From NCBI GenBank assembly GCA_944391415.1, contig CALXTM010000003.1, forward strand, positions 22,510 through 86,509: a stretch of DNA of 64,000 nucleotides, read 5' to 3'. The notes under the pieces are model-generated. The model saw only the letters and a list, made by a program, of their open reading frames with translations. It was not told the DNA's origin and made no database searches. Position 1 is the stretch's first letter; every line of letters starts with the position of its first letter. A program made the position numbers and the translations under genes. Below are positions 28,230-37,655 of the stretch, in pieces. Source of the DNA: an uncultured Alphaproteobacteria bacterium. GTDB taxonomy: Bacteria; Pseudomonadota; Alphaproteobacteria; RF32; CAG-239.

Positions 28230-28877
28230 TTATCTATCTTTTGTCAATATTTTTTTCAAAGTTTTGATGATTTGCTCAAACATTTCGGTTGTCAATACTC
28301 CGGTGTTGATATTGTATCTTGATGTATGATAAGAGTTAAGCATTATAAGATTATGCTTTTCAAGTTTGTGCAATGCGCCGTGAGCAAACTTAAAATTACT
28401 TTTTTTGTATCCCAAAACTCCCAACAAAGCATTATGAGCAACAGAACCTAAAGTAAGTACAACCTCAAGATTAGGCATGGCAGCGATTTCTTGTTTCAGA
28501 TAGGTCCCACAGTTTTTAATTTCTTCTCCGGTGACTTTGTTTTGTGGCGGCACACATCTCACCGAGTTTGTCACTCTTACATCAACGAGCTCAAATCCGT
28601 CATTGGCGTTTTTGGCATAATTTCCTTTGGCAAAACCGTATTTTTGCAAAATAGGGTAGAGCACATCTCCGGCATAGTCATTGGTAAAAGGCCTACCGGT
28701 TTGGTTGGCCCCGTTAAGCCCCGGAGCCAGACCGATAATCAGCACTTTGGCATCTATTGGTCCAAACGGCGGCACCGGGGCATTAAAATAAGAGGGAAAT
28801 TTTTTAATATTTTCTTTTCTAAACTCAATCAGTCTCAAACATTTAGTACAATTTTTATCTGGCGGACAAAATATCAT
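28230..28877 (-). CDS. Uracil-DNA glycosylase superfamily protein, family 4/5-like (Fe-S type)
   Basis: N-terminal Cys pair (CPPDKNCTKC), GLAPGLNGANQTGRPFTNDYAGD and SYHTSRYNINTGVLT. As I recall the family 5 (UdgB) motifs, this resembles them most. Confidence 0.75.
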   Translation of the reverse strand: MIFCPPDKNCTKCLRLIEFRKENIKKFPSYFNAPVPPFGPIDAKVLIIGLAPGLNGANQTGRPFTNDYAGDVLYPILQKYGFAKGNYAKNANDGFELVDVRVTNSVRCVPPQNKVTGEEIKNCGTYLKQEIAAMPNLEVVLTLGSVAHNALLGVLGYKKSNFKFAHGALHKLEKHNLIMLNSYHTSRYNINTGVLTTEMFEQIIKTLKKILTKDR

Positions 28878-29073
28878 GTTGGTTAATCCTTTGATTTGAA
28901 AAAACTTTTATTATATTAGCGCGGTTGCGTAAAAAAATATTTAATCTACCCCTTTAAATTAATTTTATGAAGATTATGTATCTCACGTAAACCGATTTTC
29001 ATGATTTGGTTTATGAATAGGACTAAATAGTAAAAATGTAAAAAAACCTATTTATAAATGGAGTTTAAATACA

Positions 29074-29637
29074 ATGAAAAAATCATTATTACTTGCAGGA
29101 GTAGCCTGTGTTCTTGTTTCTACTTCAGCTTCTGCCGCTTGGACAGACATGATGAAATCACCCAAGATGTATGTTGGTGTTGATTATGCATATGACAGTT
29201 TTGATTTCAAAGGAAATTTGGATGAAGCCGAAAGCAGCTATAACTCTGCCATTGTTAACGTTGGTGCCAGAATGGATCGTATTGGCGTTGAGCTTTTCGG
29301 CCAGTGGAGCGGCAAAAGGACCAAAGACATGGCCGATGGTAAATTGAAAACCAAAGTAAACGCTTATGGTTTGGATTTGTATGGCTATCAGCCGTTGGGT
29401 TGCGAAGGCAAATATGATTTGTTGGCCACTATTGGTGTAGCAGACTATTATTACAAAGGTGAGGCCAATGGTGGAAGCGACAGCAACAATCGTATTGGCT
29501 GGCGTATCGGTGGCGGTGCCATGTACAATATGACAGATCATATCTCGGCTCGTGTTGTTGGTCGTTATGCCTATATCGGTGCCAAAGATTTGAATCATGC
29601 GGCGGAAGTAACTGCAGGTTTGAGATATTCTTTCTAA
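29074..29637 (+). CDS. Small outer-membrane beta-barrel protein (OmpW/opacity-porin-like)
   Basis: Signal peptide ending SASA, alternating beta-strand pattern, and a C-terminal GLRYSF with terminal Phe. SD GGAG. Confidence 0.75.
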   Translation: MKKSLLLAGVACVLVSTSASAAWTDMMKSPKMYVGVDYAYDSFDFKGNLDEAESSYNSAIVNVGARMDRIGVELFGQWSGKRTKDMADGKLKTKVNAYGLDLYGYQPLGCEGKYDLLATIGVADYYYKGEANGGSDSNNRIGWRIGGGAMYNMTDHISARVVGRYAYIGAKDLNHAAEVTAGLRYSF

Positions 29638-29655
29638 ATTTGTTGTTACTCAGCA

Positions 29656-29690
29656 AAAAGCCTTTTCTTTTTTTAGAAAAGGCTTTTTGT
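29656..29690. terminator. Bidirectional rho-independent terminator
   Basis: Stem aaaagccttttc / gaaaaggctttt with a T-rich loop and flanks, between convergent genes. Confidence 0.8.
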
Positions 29691-29700
29691 TTATTGGTAC

Positions 29701-31092
29701 TTATGACAGCGGATCATTATGATATTTCAGCATATGTTTTTTTATAAATATTTGGCGCATATCTTCTTTGCTCAAGCGCATAACAATAAAGAAATATCCG
29801 CCGCAGACAACAACGGCACCGCCCATCCAAGCAATCGGCCCGGCCCAGAATATTCCAACATATCCGATTATATGAGCCAAATACATTGCGGCAAAAGCTC
29901 TTACGCCGAGCTCAACCAAACCAGATGCAAGCGGAATATTGGTTCGCCCCATACCCTGCAAGGCGTTGCGGGCAATAAATATACAAGATAGGCAAAAATA
30001 GAAATAAGAGCTGATCATCAAATACTCTTGCCCGATGTGAATTATAGTAGGATTTTCTCCCTCAATAAACGCCGACACCATATGCGAACCGAAGAATCTA
30101 ACACAAAGAGTAATTGTAATACTCAAAATAAGACAAAGTAGCAGACATTGTCTGACACCTTTTCTGATACGTTTGATTAGTGCCGCACCGTAGTTTTGCG
30201 CCGAGAAAGTAGCAAAAGCAATACCAATGGCAAACAACGGTTGGGTAGAGATTTGTTCAATACGCATAGCCGCGGTAAATCCGGCAATAATATCCGTACC
30301 AAACGAGTTGCACACACTTTGCACAATCATCATGCTCAAGGCCAAAATAGAAAATTGAATAGCCATAGGGGTAGCTACTCGCAGGTGTTCATTCATAAAT
30401 TTATGATTGTATTTGCAATCTTTCCACGACAGTTTTAACAGCGGAAATTTTTTGGCAATAAACCATACGCAAGCCACCACGCTCAATGTCATTGAGCAAA
30501 AAGTGCCCATAGCCGATCCGGCGACTCCCCAACCAAAGAAATAAATAAACATAAAATTAAAAGCGATGTTTAATAGCGATGATGCAATCAAAAAATAAAG
30601 AGGTGTCTTAGAATCACCCAAAGCTCTAATAAGCCCTGACAATAAATTATATAATACAATTGCCGTAATTGACATTCCCAGGATAAACATAAATATATAA
30701 GCCTCGTCCATGATTTCTGCCGGCACATTCATCAGCCCAAGCAGAGGTCTTAAAAAGAATACCATACTTAAGCTTATAATAATGCTAAGCAAAACCGAAG
30801 CAAGCAGGGCGTGAAAGGCTGATGATTTAACACCTTTCCAGTCCTTTGCCCCAAAGCGTTGAGCAGTGATAATGGTCAGTCCGGCGGTAAATCCGAATGC
30901 AATCATCAAAAACATAAAGAATAACGGCGCCGATGCACCGACGGCAGCCAACGACTTAACCCCCAGCAAACGCCCGACAATTAATATATCTGATATCTGG
31001 AACAATTGCTGAAACAAATTACCGATTAAAATCGGCAGAGCAAACCATATTATAAGTTTTATAGGGTTTCCATTGGTTAAATCTTTTATCAT
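29701..31092 (-). CDS. MATE family efflux transporter
   Basis: 463 aa with about 12 TM helices. N-terminus (PIKLIIWFALPILIGNLFQQLFQISD) and overall pattern are typical of MATE/NorM-like proteins. Confidence 0.8.
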   Translation of the reverse strand: MIKDLTNGNPIKLIIWFALPILIGNLFQQLFQISDILIVGRLLGVKSLAAVGASAPLFFMFLMIAFGFTAGLTIITAQRFGAKDWKGVKSSAFHALLASVLLSIIISLSMVFFLRPLLGLMNVPAEIMDEAYIFMFILGMSITAIVLYNLLSGLIRALGDSKTPLYFLIASSLLNIAFNFMFIYFFGWGVAGSAMGTFCSMTLSVVACVWFIAKKFPLLKLSWKDCKYNHKFMNEHLRVATPMAIQFSILALSMMIVQSVCNSFGTDIIAGFTAAMRIEQISTQPLFAIGIAFATFSAQNYGAALIKRIRKGVRQCLLLCLILSITITLCVRFFGSHMVSAFIEGENPTIIHIGQEYLMISSYFYFCLSCIFIARNALQGMGRTNIPLASGLVELGVRAFAAMYLAHIIGYVGIFWAGPIAWMGGAVVVCGGYFFIVMRLSKEDMRQIFIKKHMLKYHNDPLS

Positions 31093-31257
31093 CTCATCAC
31101 CTTGTTTTAAACAAACCAGAGCAGTTTTAATGCGTTAATTTTTAAAAGTAAAGTTACAAACGAATATTTTGTTTTTATATTTTATAAAGAGTTTACTTTT
31201 GATTAATTCTTTTGCGCTTAATATAGGCAATAAATAATTTTTATAAGGAGAAAAACA

Positions 31258-32418
31258 ATGTCACAACGTTTTATCTTAAATGAAACCAGCTATCATGGAC
31301 ATGGCGCCATCAAAGAGATTGTTACCGAGGTAAAATCAAGAGATTTTAAAAAGGCTTTGATTGTTACCGATAAAGATTTGGTAAAATTTAAGGTGGTCAA
31401 AAAAGTAACCGATTTGTTGGGTAAAAACAAAATGGCTTATGAAATTTTTGACGAGGTCAAGGCCAATCCCAGTGTCGAAATTGTCAAATCAGGTGTCAAA
31501 GCTTTCAAAAAAGCCAAAGCCGACTATATGATAGCAATTGGCGGCGGTTCTCCGCAAGACACGGCCAAAGGTATCGGCATTATTATCAACAATCCGGAGT
31601 TTGCCGATGTCGTATCCTTGGAAGGTGTCGCCCCGACCAAAAACAAAAGTGTTCCGGTAATAGCTGTTTCTACCACGGCCGGTACGGCTGCTGAAACTAC
31701 CATCAACTATGTAATTACCGATGAAAAGAAACGTCGCAAATTTGTTTGTGTTGATCCGCATGATATTCCGGTTGTAGCCGTCGTTGACCCGGATATGATG
31801 TCATCCATGCCCAAAGGCCTAACCGCTGCCACCGGAATGGATGCCCTGACACACGCCATCGAGGGCTATACGACTTTGGCCGCTTGGGAGTTGGCCGATA
31901 CTTTGAACCTCAAAGCAATCGAGCTGATATCTAAAAATTTGCGCAAAGCGGTTGAAAACGATCCTGATGCCCGCGAGGCTATGGCCTTGGGTCAATATGT
32001 AACCGGCATGGCCTTTTCCAACGTTGGTTTGGGTGTCGTGCATGGCATGGCACACCCCTTGTCGGCATTTTATGATACACCGCACGGCGTTGCCAATGCT
32101 GTGTTGTTGCCCTATGTCATGGAGTTTAATGCACCCTATACCGGCACCAAGTTTAGAGAAATTGCCCGTGCCATGGGGGTAAAAAATGTTGATAAAATGA
32201 AACAAGCCCAATATCGAGATGCGGCCATCAAAGCGGTCAAAAAACTCAAAAAAGATGTTGGTATTCCCAAAACCTTAAAAGAAATCGGGGTCAAAAAAGA
32301 GGATTTGGATGCATTGGCTGCGGCAGCAATGGCCGATGTTTGCACCGGTGGCAATCCGCGTCCTTGCACCAAAGAGTTGGTGTTCGAGGTTTATAAAAAA
32401 GCCTTCAACGGCAAATAG
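31258..32418 (+). CDS. fucO: Iron-dependent alcohol dehydrogenase, lactaldehyde reductase (FucO-like)
   Basis: Colinear along its length with E. coli FucO as I remember it: ILNETSYHG, ALIVTDK, IAIGGGSPQDTAKGIGII, NNPEFADV, TTAGTAAETTINYVITDEKKRRKFVCVDPHDIP, LTHAIEGY, HGMAHPLSAFYDTPHGVANA, CTGGNPR. Confidence 0.85.
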   Translation: MSQRFILNETSYHGHGAIKEIVTEVKSRDFKKALIVTDKDLVKFKVVKKVTDLLGKNKMAYEIFDEVKANPSVEIVKSGVKAFKKAKADYMIAIGGGSPQDTAKGIGIIINNPEFADVVSLEGVAPTKNKSVPVIAVSTTAGTAAETTINYVITDEKKRRKFVCVDPHDIPVVAVVDPDMMSSMPKGLTAATGMDALTHAIEGYTTLAAWELADTLNLKAIELISKNLRKAVENDPDAREAMALGQYVTGMAFSNVGLGVVHGMAHPLSAFYDTPHGVANAVLLPYVMEFNAPYTGTKFREIARAMGVKNVDKMKQAQYRDAAIKAVKKLKKDVGIPKTLKEIGVKKEDLDALAAAAMADVCTGGNPRPCTKELVFEVYKKAFNGK

Positions 32419-32427
32419 GAGCAAATA

Positions 32428-33399
32428 ATGGGCAAAATCCTAGTGATGGGAGGTGCGGGCTATATCGGCTCGCACACTCTCAAACACTTAAAAGAAAACG
32501 GCTACGATGTTTTGGCTGCCGACAACCTTTCAACCGGACATAAAGAGGCTGTGTTGGATAGCAAGTTGGTAATTGCTGATTTATTGGATTTAGATAGCCT
32601 AAAGGAACTGTTTTCTTCCTATCAGATAGATGCGGTAATTCACTTTGCCGCTTTTTCGCTTGTAGGCGAGAGTGTAACCGATCCTGCCAAATATTATCGC
32701 AACAATGTGGTCGGCACGCTCAATTTGCTTGATACAATGCGTGAGTTTGGTGTCAATAAAATTGTGTTTTCAAGCACTTGTGCCACCTATGGCAATCCTT
32801 TATATGTACCAATGGACGAAAAACATCCGCAGTCTCCAATCAACCCGTATGGCCAGACCAAACTAGCAATCGAAAAAATCTTTTGCGACTATCAAAAAGC
32901 CTATGGCTTGAAGTATATTGCACTCCGCTATTTTAATGCCGCCGGTGCAGATGAGGGGAGTTTGATCGGCGAGAGCCACACTCCCGAAAGTCATCTTATC
33001 CCGCTGGTCTTAAAAGCAATCAAAGGCGAAAGGGCTGATATCAAGGTGTTTGGCAATGATTATGATACTCCTGACGGCACTTGCCTAAGGGATTATATTC
33101 ATGTTGCAGATCTTGCGCTTGCTCATCGTCTGGCTCTGGAAAAATTGGATGAGTATCAAGGTTTTATCAATCTTGGCACCGGCATTCCAACCTCGGTTTA
33201 TCAAATAATACAAGCGGCTGAGAAAGTAAGTGGCAAGCCTTGTCCCACAAGTATTGCACCGCGCCGCGATGGCGACCCGTCCGAGCTCTATGCCAACAAT
33301 AAACTTGCTCAAGACATTTTGGGATGGCAGCCCAAATATACCAATATCGAGGATATTATACGCACCGCCTGGAATTGGGAGCTCAATCGTCGGTTTTAA
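32428..33399 (+). CDS. galE: UDP-glucose 4-epimerase GalE
   Basis: GGAGYIGSH Rossmann motif, catalytic YGQTK, RYFNAAGA, DGTCLRDYIHV. Confidence 0.9.
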   Translation: MGKILVMGGAGYIGSHTLKHLKENGYDVLAADNLSTGHKEAVLDSKLVIADLLDLDSLKELFSSYQIDAVIHFAAFSLVGESVTDPAKYYRNNVVGTLNLLDTMREFGVNKIVFSSTCATYGNPLYVPMDEKHPQSPINPYGQTKLAIEKIFCDYQKAYGLKYIALRYFNAAGADEGSLIGESHTPESHLIPLVLKAIKGERADIKVFGNDYDTPDGTCLRDYIHVADLALAHRLALEKLDEYQGFINLGTGIPTSVYQIIQAAEKVSGKPCPTSIAPRRDGDPSELYANNKLAQDILGWQPKYTNIEDIIRTAWNWELNRRF

Positions 33400-34105
33400 G
33401 GCTTGCAATCATCTCATCGACAAAGGCGGGCAGGGTAACGCCTGCTTTGCCCATTATGTGATGATCAAAGTAAAAATTATTAGAGGTAGGCTCCAAATTA
33501 AATTCATAGGTCAAAGCCCCGTGATATTTAGCCGTTTGCACAAAAGCCGCCGCCGGAAATACCACCCCAGATGTGCCGATAGATAAGAACAGGTCGCAAC
33601 TCCGCAACAGCTCGTCAACCCTGTCCATATACAAAAGGTTTTCACCAAAAAATACGATATTGGGCTTCATCATCCCCGCAACCTGACATTTGGGGCATAC
33701 GGTTTCGGTGTCAACATCGCCAAATGTTTCCAGAATATGGCCGCAATTAAGGCAAACTGCCTGATTTATCTGGCCATGGACATGGTAGATATTTTTGCTT
33801 TTGGCTTTTTCGTGCAAGGTATCAACATTTTGGGTGATTATACTGATATTATCGGCCGGATATTCGTTTTGCAGCCTGGTAATTGCCAAATGCGCAGCAT
33901 TGGGCTTTGCCTTGACCAGTTCTTTTTTAAGTTCGTTATAAAACTCATGCACATATTGCGGATTGCGTTGAAACGCCTCAATGGTTGCCACATCTTCCAC
34001 TTTGTGGTTATTCCAAAGTCCGTTAGATGCCCTAAATGTTGCCAAACCTGATTCGGCCGATATCCCGGCACCTGTCAAAATCACGATATTCTTAAAAATT
34101 TTCAC
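33383..34105 (-). CDS. cobB: NAD-dependent protein deacylase, Sir2 family (CobB-like)
   Basis: LTGAGISAESGLATFR, QNVDTLHE, zinc ribbon CLNCGH...CPKC, and GTSGVVFPAA. The track start at 34111 is TTG. A GTG at 34105 has GGAG 8 nt upstream. The 3' end overlaps galE by 17 nt in convergent orientation. Confidence 0.85.
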   Translation of the reverse strand: MKIFKNIVILTGAGISAESGLATFRASNGLWNNHKVEDVATIEAFQRNPQYVHEFYNELKKELVKAKPNAAHLAITRLQNEYPADNISIITQNVDTLHEKAKSKNIYHVHGQINQAVCLNCGHILETFGDVDTETVCPKCQVAGMMKPNIVFFGENLLYMDRVDELLRSCDLFLSIGTSGVVFPAAAFVQTAKYHGALTYEFNLEPTSNNFYFDHHIMGKAGVTLPAFVDEMIASLKTDD

Positions 34106-34181
34106 GCTCAAAACTCCAAAATTCCTGTTGCAATAACCATTAGTTTTCTTATAATTCCAAAAGAAAAGGAAAACAAGTAAA

Positions 34182-34712
34182 ATGCGTTTTTTATTGTTGT
34201 CATGTTGTGCTCCGTGTTCTTGTGCCGTAATCGAAAAATTGGCTCAAGAAAAAGCCGATTTTGCAGTGTTGTTTTATAATCCCAACATCAGGCCTTTGAC
34301 CGAGTATCAAAAGCGCCGTGATGAAAATGAGCGTTTGTGCCAAAAATACGGCATAGAATTTATTGAGCTTGAATATGATAACGATAGATGGTGCAAGTTG
34401 ACCAAAGGATTGGAGGATTTGCCCGAAAGAGGAGAGCGCTGTTTTATTTGTTTTTCAATGCGATTTGAGCGTGCATTTGCCTATGCCAAAGAGCAGGGGT
34501 TTGATGCTGTTGCCAGTGTCTTGGGTGTTTCTCGCTACAAAGATTTGGCCCAGGTTAATCGGGCAGCTCATATTGCAGCCGAAAAGGCCGGCTTGCCATA
34601 TTTGGAGATAGAAGGGCGCAAAGGCGGCATGCAAGAGCGCCGTCAGGCCTTGATTAAAGAGCTCAATTTATATAATCAAACATATTGTGGTTGCAAACCG
34701 CGAAAGGAGTAA
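34182..34712 (+). CDS. queH: Epoxyqueuosine reductase QueH (DUF208 family)
   Basis: N-terminal LLLSCCAPCS, CFICFSMRF and C-terminal YCGC motifs, characteristic of QueH. Confidence 0.8.
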   Translation: MRFLLLSCCAPCSCAVIEKLAQEKADFAVLFYNPNIRPLTEYQKRRDENERLCQKYGIEFIELEYDNDRWCKLTKGLEDLPERGERCFICFSMRFERAFAYAKEQGFDAVASVLGVSRYKDLAQVNRAAHIAAEKAGLPYLEIEGRKGGMQERRQALIKELNLYNQTYCGCKPRKE

Positions 34713-34713
34713 A

Positions 34714-35634
34714 ATGTTTTGGCACAATTGGTTTATTCCCAAGCCTTTCAACAGCGGGTTTTTACCGGAAAAAGACGGACATTTGGTCTATTTTGCTGAG
34801 TTTGGCAACAAAAAAGGCATACCTGTCATATTTTTTCATGGCGGTCCCGGCGGCAGTTGCAAGGCCAAATATGCCAAGACCATTAATTTGCACAAATATC
34901 GCGCTATTATGATAGACCAACGCGGTTGTGGACAGTCACAACCACTTGGCAAATTAGAACATAATACCACACAAGAGTTGCTTGATGATGTTGACCGCTT
35001 GTTAGAATATCTAAATATTGAAGGCAAAGTTATTCTGCGGGGTGCTTCTTGGGGTTCAACTTTAGCACTTTTATGGGCAGAAAGACGTCCAACAAAAGTA
35101 GCAAAGTTGCTGTTGTCGCAGGTGTTTTTGGCCAATGATGATTTTCACAATTGGGATTTTGGCGGAATCAGATATTTATATCCTGAGTTTGTGGCATATA
35201 TGGAAGAAGAATCACAAGGAAAAACAATAAAATATTACAACAAATTAATCCAATCTGACAACATACAAGACCAGCTCACCGCTGCCAATCACTATGGTTG
35301 GTTTGAGCGCATCTGCGGCAGTATGAACCCGGCTTTTGGCCAGTTTACTGAACTATCCGAACAAGAATTAGCCTCACAGCGGATATATATGCACTATGCT
35401 GCCAACAATTTCTTTTTAGGCAATAGCGATATTTTGGATAATATCAGCAAAATCAACACGATAGAGGCAATAATTATCCACAACCGACTTGATTTGATTG
35501 CGCCTCTTAAAGGGGCATGGGATGTCCATTGCCATTTAAGAAATTCGCATTTGACCATAGTTCCTGATTTTGGACATGTCAGCAACCAGCTTAGCAAAGC
35601 CATAATCAAAGAGTTTAATAAGGCATTGAAATGA
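34714..35634 (+). CDS. pip: Proline iminopeptidase-like alpha/beta hydrolase
   Basis: FHGGPGG oxyanion motif, nucleophile elbow GASWGSTLAL, and a C-terminal GH. The start is set at the ATG at 34714 with AAAGGAG SD, 1 nt after the queH stop. Confidence 0.75.
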   Translation: MFWHNWFIPKPFNSGFLPEKDGHLVYFAEFGNKKGIPVIFFHGGPGGSCKAKYAKTINLHKYRAIMIDQRGCGQSQPLGKLEHNTTQELLDDVDRLLEYLNIEGKVILRGASWGSTLALLWAERRPTKVAKLLLSQVFLANDDFHNWDFGGIRYLYPEFVAYMEEESQGKTIKYYNKLIQSDNIQDQLTAANHYGWFERICGSMNPAFGQFTELSEQELASQRIYMHYAANNFFLGNSDILDNISKINTIEAIIIHNRLDLIAPLKGAWDVHCHLRNSHLTIVPDFGHVSNQLSKAIIKEFNKALK

Positions 35635-36212
35635 CAAAAGATTTTTATATATTTAGGCACGGGCAAAGCACTTATAATGTTGCAGGACGCACTCAAGGTC
35701 GCACCAATGATTCCGTTTTGACCCAGCTTGGGCAAGAGCAGGCGGTTGATATTGGCAAAAGGCTTAAAAACCATGGCATAGAGCTTATTGTCACATCACC
35801 GCTTAAACGCGCCCGCCAAACCGCAGAACTGGCCAACCAAAGCCTCCATGTCAACATTGTTGAAGACAATCGCTTTATCGAGGTTGATGTCGGCTGTGCC
35901 GAAGGGTTGCACTATACTGAAATTAAAAACAAATACAAAGACATATTTGACAAACTGCATGCAGCAATACCGGATGAAAATATCTGCTACCCTGGTGGCG
36001 AAACCAAAAAACAGGTTAGGGAGCGTGTCTTTTCAGGTCTCAATTATTGGGCCGATCAAGCAAACTACCAAACCATAGCCATCTCATCTCACGGAATAAT
36101 GCTGGCTCAAACACTGGTTGCCTTGGGTGAAAAATATCTTGATATCCCAAACGGTGCAATTTTGCATATTACAAAGGAAAACGGAATATGGCATATACAA
36201 GATTGGATATGA
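35631..36212 (+). CDS. Histidine phosphatase family protein (phosphoglycerate mutase-like)
   Basis: RHGQSTYN catalytic motif at the N-terminus, SPLKRARQTA, and SHG near the C-terminus. ATGA overlap with pip. Confidence 0.8.
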   Translation: MTKDFYIFRHGQSTYNVAGRTQGRTNDSVLTQLGQEQAVDIGKRLKNHGIELIVTSPLKRARQTAELANQSLHVNIVEDNRFIEVDVGCAEGLHYTEIKNKYKDIFDKLHAAIPDENICYPGGETKKQVRERVFSGLNYWADQANYQTIAISSHGIMLAQTLVALGEKYLDIPNGAILHITKENGIWHIQDWI

Positions 36213-36442
36213 TAGCAAACGAAAATGAAATACAAAATATTGAAGATGCACATTTCGTGCTATTGTCGTTGTATCGCGAATATTCTGTCAGATTACTCAA
36301 AAATGCTTCTGCCAAAGAAGATTGTATTACCAAGATGCGGCAAATCAAAAAAGATATGCGATATCTTGATAAACAAGAATTGCTAAACAAGGTAAGGAAT
36401 ATTTATATTCCGCTTATAAAAAGTATGACAAAGGAACATTAA
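36209..36442 (+). CDS. Small helical protein, candidate epsilon-like antitoxin
   Basis: 77-84 aa ORF (ATG at 36188, or at 36209 in an ATGA overlap with the phosphatase stop). Its TAA stop directly abuts the ATG of the zeta-toxin gene. No family assignment is possible by eye. Confidence 0.45.
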   Translation: MIANENEIQNIEDAHFVLLSLYREYSVRLLKNASAKEDCITKMRQIKKDMRYLDKQELLNKVRNIYIPLIKSMTKEH

Positions 36443-37351
36443 ATGAAAAACTATCAGTTAAGTGATCAAGACCGCATAGCTTGGTATAAAACCACAATCA
36501 GCCCTTTGTTTTTAGAAGGTAAACAGCCAAGTAAAACCCCAACTTTTGTTTTGCTAACCGGGCAATCAGGGGCCGGCAAGACAACCGCTTCTTTCAAATA
36601 TGCTCAGCAAACATCACCGGAACCGGCAAAATTTGGCGGCGACGACCTAAGAATTCTCTTGCCTTATGCTGCAGAGCTGTTGCAAGAAAATCCGAATGAA
36701 TACCCCTTTATAACCAAAGCCGATATGAGCTGGGCCAGAGAGCGCCTGGTCGATGAATGTATCGAAAATAATTTTAATATTCAAATAGATAGCATTTTAT
36801 CCAACCCCAACGATTGGCGGATGGGAACAATTATGAAAGCCAAACAAGCCGGATATAGAATAGAATGTGTGGCTTTGGGTGTTCATCGTTATCTTAGTGA
36901 AGTTTCGATGTTTGCACGCCGCGAAGAGCAAATCAAAAGCCTTGGCGTGGGTTTTCCTGTTACCATGGCCGATCATGACAAGGCATATGATATTCTGCTG
37001 GGCGTTGTTTCCAAAATGTATAAAGAAGGAATAGCAGACAGAGTAAGCGTTTATAATCGTATGTTTGACAAATATTATGATACCAACACCAGAGCCAATA
37101 CAACCGAACAAGATATTATGAAAGCTATAATGCGTTCAAGAGAAGATTATCTAAACAAAGAATCGCTTACATATATAAATGCATTATGGGAAAACATTTA
37201 TGAAGATATGGCGCGGCGCAATGCAACCGAAGAACAGTTAAAAGAAGTTTCAACATATCACAATGCATTTAGAAAAAGCTCCGGAATATATTTGGTAGAC
37301 AGCAACATAAAAACAGCCTTGATAAATAACAGTGGTAAAAATTCAAGATAA
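36443..37351 (+). CDS. Zeta-toxin family P-loop kinase
   Basis: Colinear with pSM19035 zeta as I recall it: PTFVLLTGQSGAGKTT (Walker A), GGDDLRILLPY (the position of the DNDTF Asp), AKQAGYRIECVALGV, HDKAYD...RVSVYNR. An extra C-terminal tail of about 80-100 aa is present. Confidence 0.75.
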   Translation: MKNYQLSDQDRIAWYKTTISPLFLEGKQPSKTPTFVLLTGQSGAGKTTASFKYAQQTSPEPAKFGGDDLRILLPYAAELLQENPNEYPFITKADMSWARERLVDECIENNFNIQIDSILSNPNDWRMGTIMKAKQAGYRIECVALGVHRYLSEVSMFARREEQIKSLGVGFPVTMADHDKAYDILLGVVSKMYKEGIADRVSVYNRMFDKYYDTNTRANTTEQDIMKAIMRSREDYLNKESLTYINALWENIYEDMARRNATEEQLKEVSTYHNAFRKSSGIYLVDSNIKTALINNSGKNSR

Positions 37352-37523
37352 ATAAAATTAAACTGCTTTTATTTACAGTCCCCCTTTTTTGGTATCGTTT
37401 AATATACATAATATATATTATGCGACAAATATATTTATAACTAAAAGCCACCCCCTGTACAAAAATATCCTCACGAAACAGCCATAAACATAAATGTTGT
37501 AAAGTCAATATGTTATCGCACAC

Positions 37524-37551
37524 TTGACAAAAAATACAATGCTTTTACAAT
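37524..37551 (+). promoter_or_regulatory. Candidate sigma70 promoter upstream of the TIM-barrel gene
   Basis: TTGACA (37524-37529), a 16-nt spacer, then TACAAT (37546-37551), about 100 nt upstream of the ATG at 37656. Confidence 0.4.
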
Positions 37552-37655
37552 ATCCTATAAATTTAATTTTTGCCAAACTAAAAAAGTCTTGATTTTTCAT
37601 GTTGGCAGTTTTATCTTGCCTCATAAGTACATTTGTTAAGATAAGGAAATATGCT

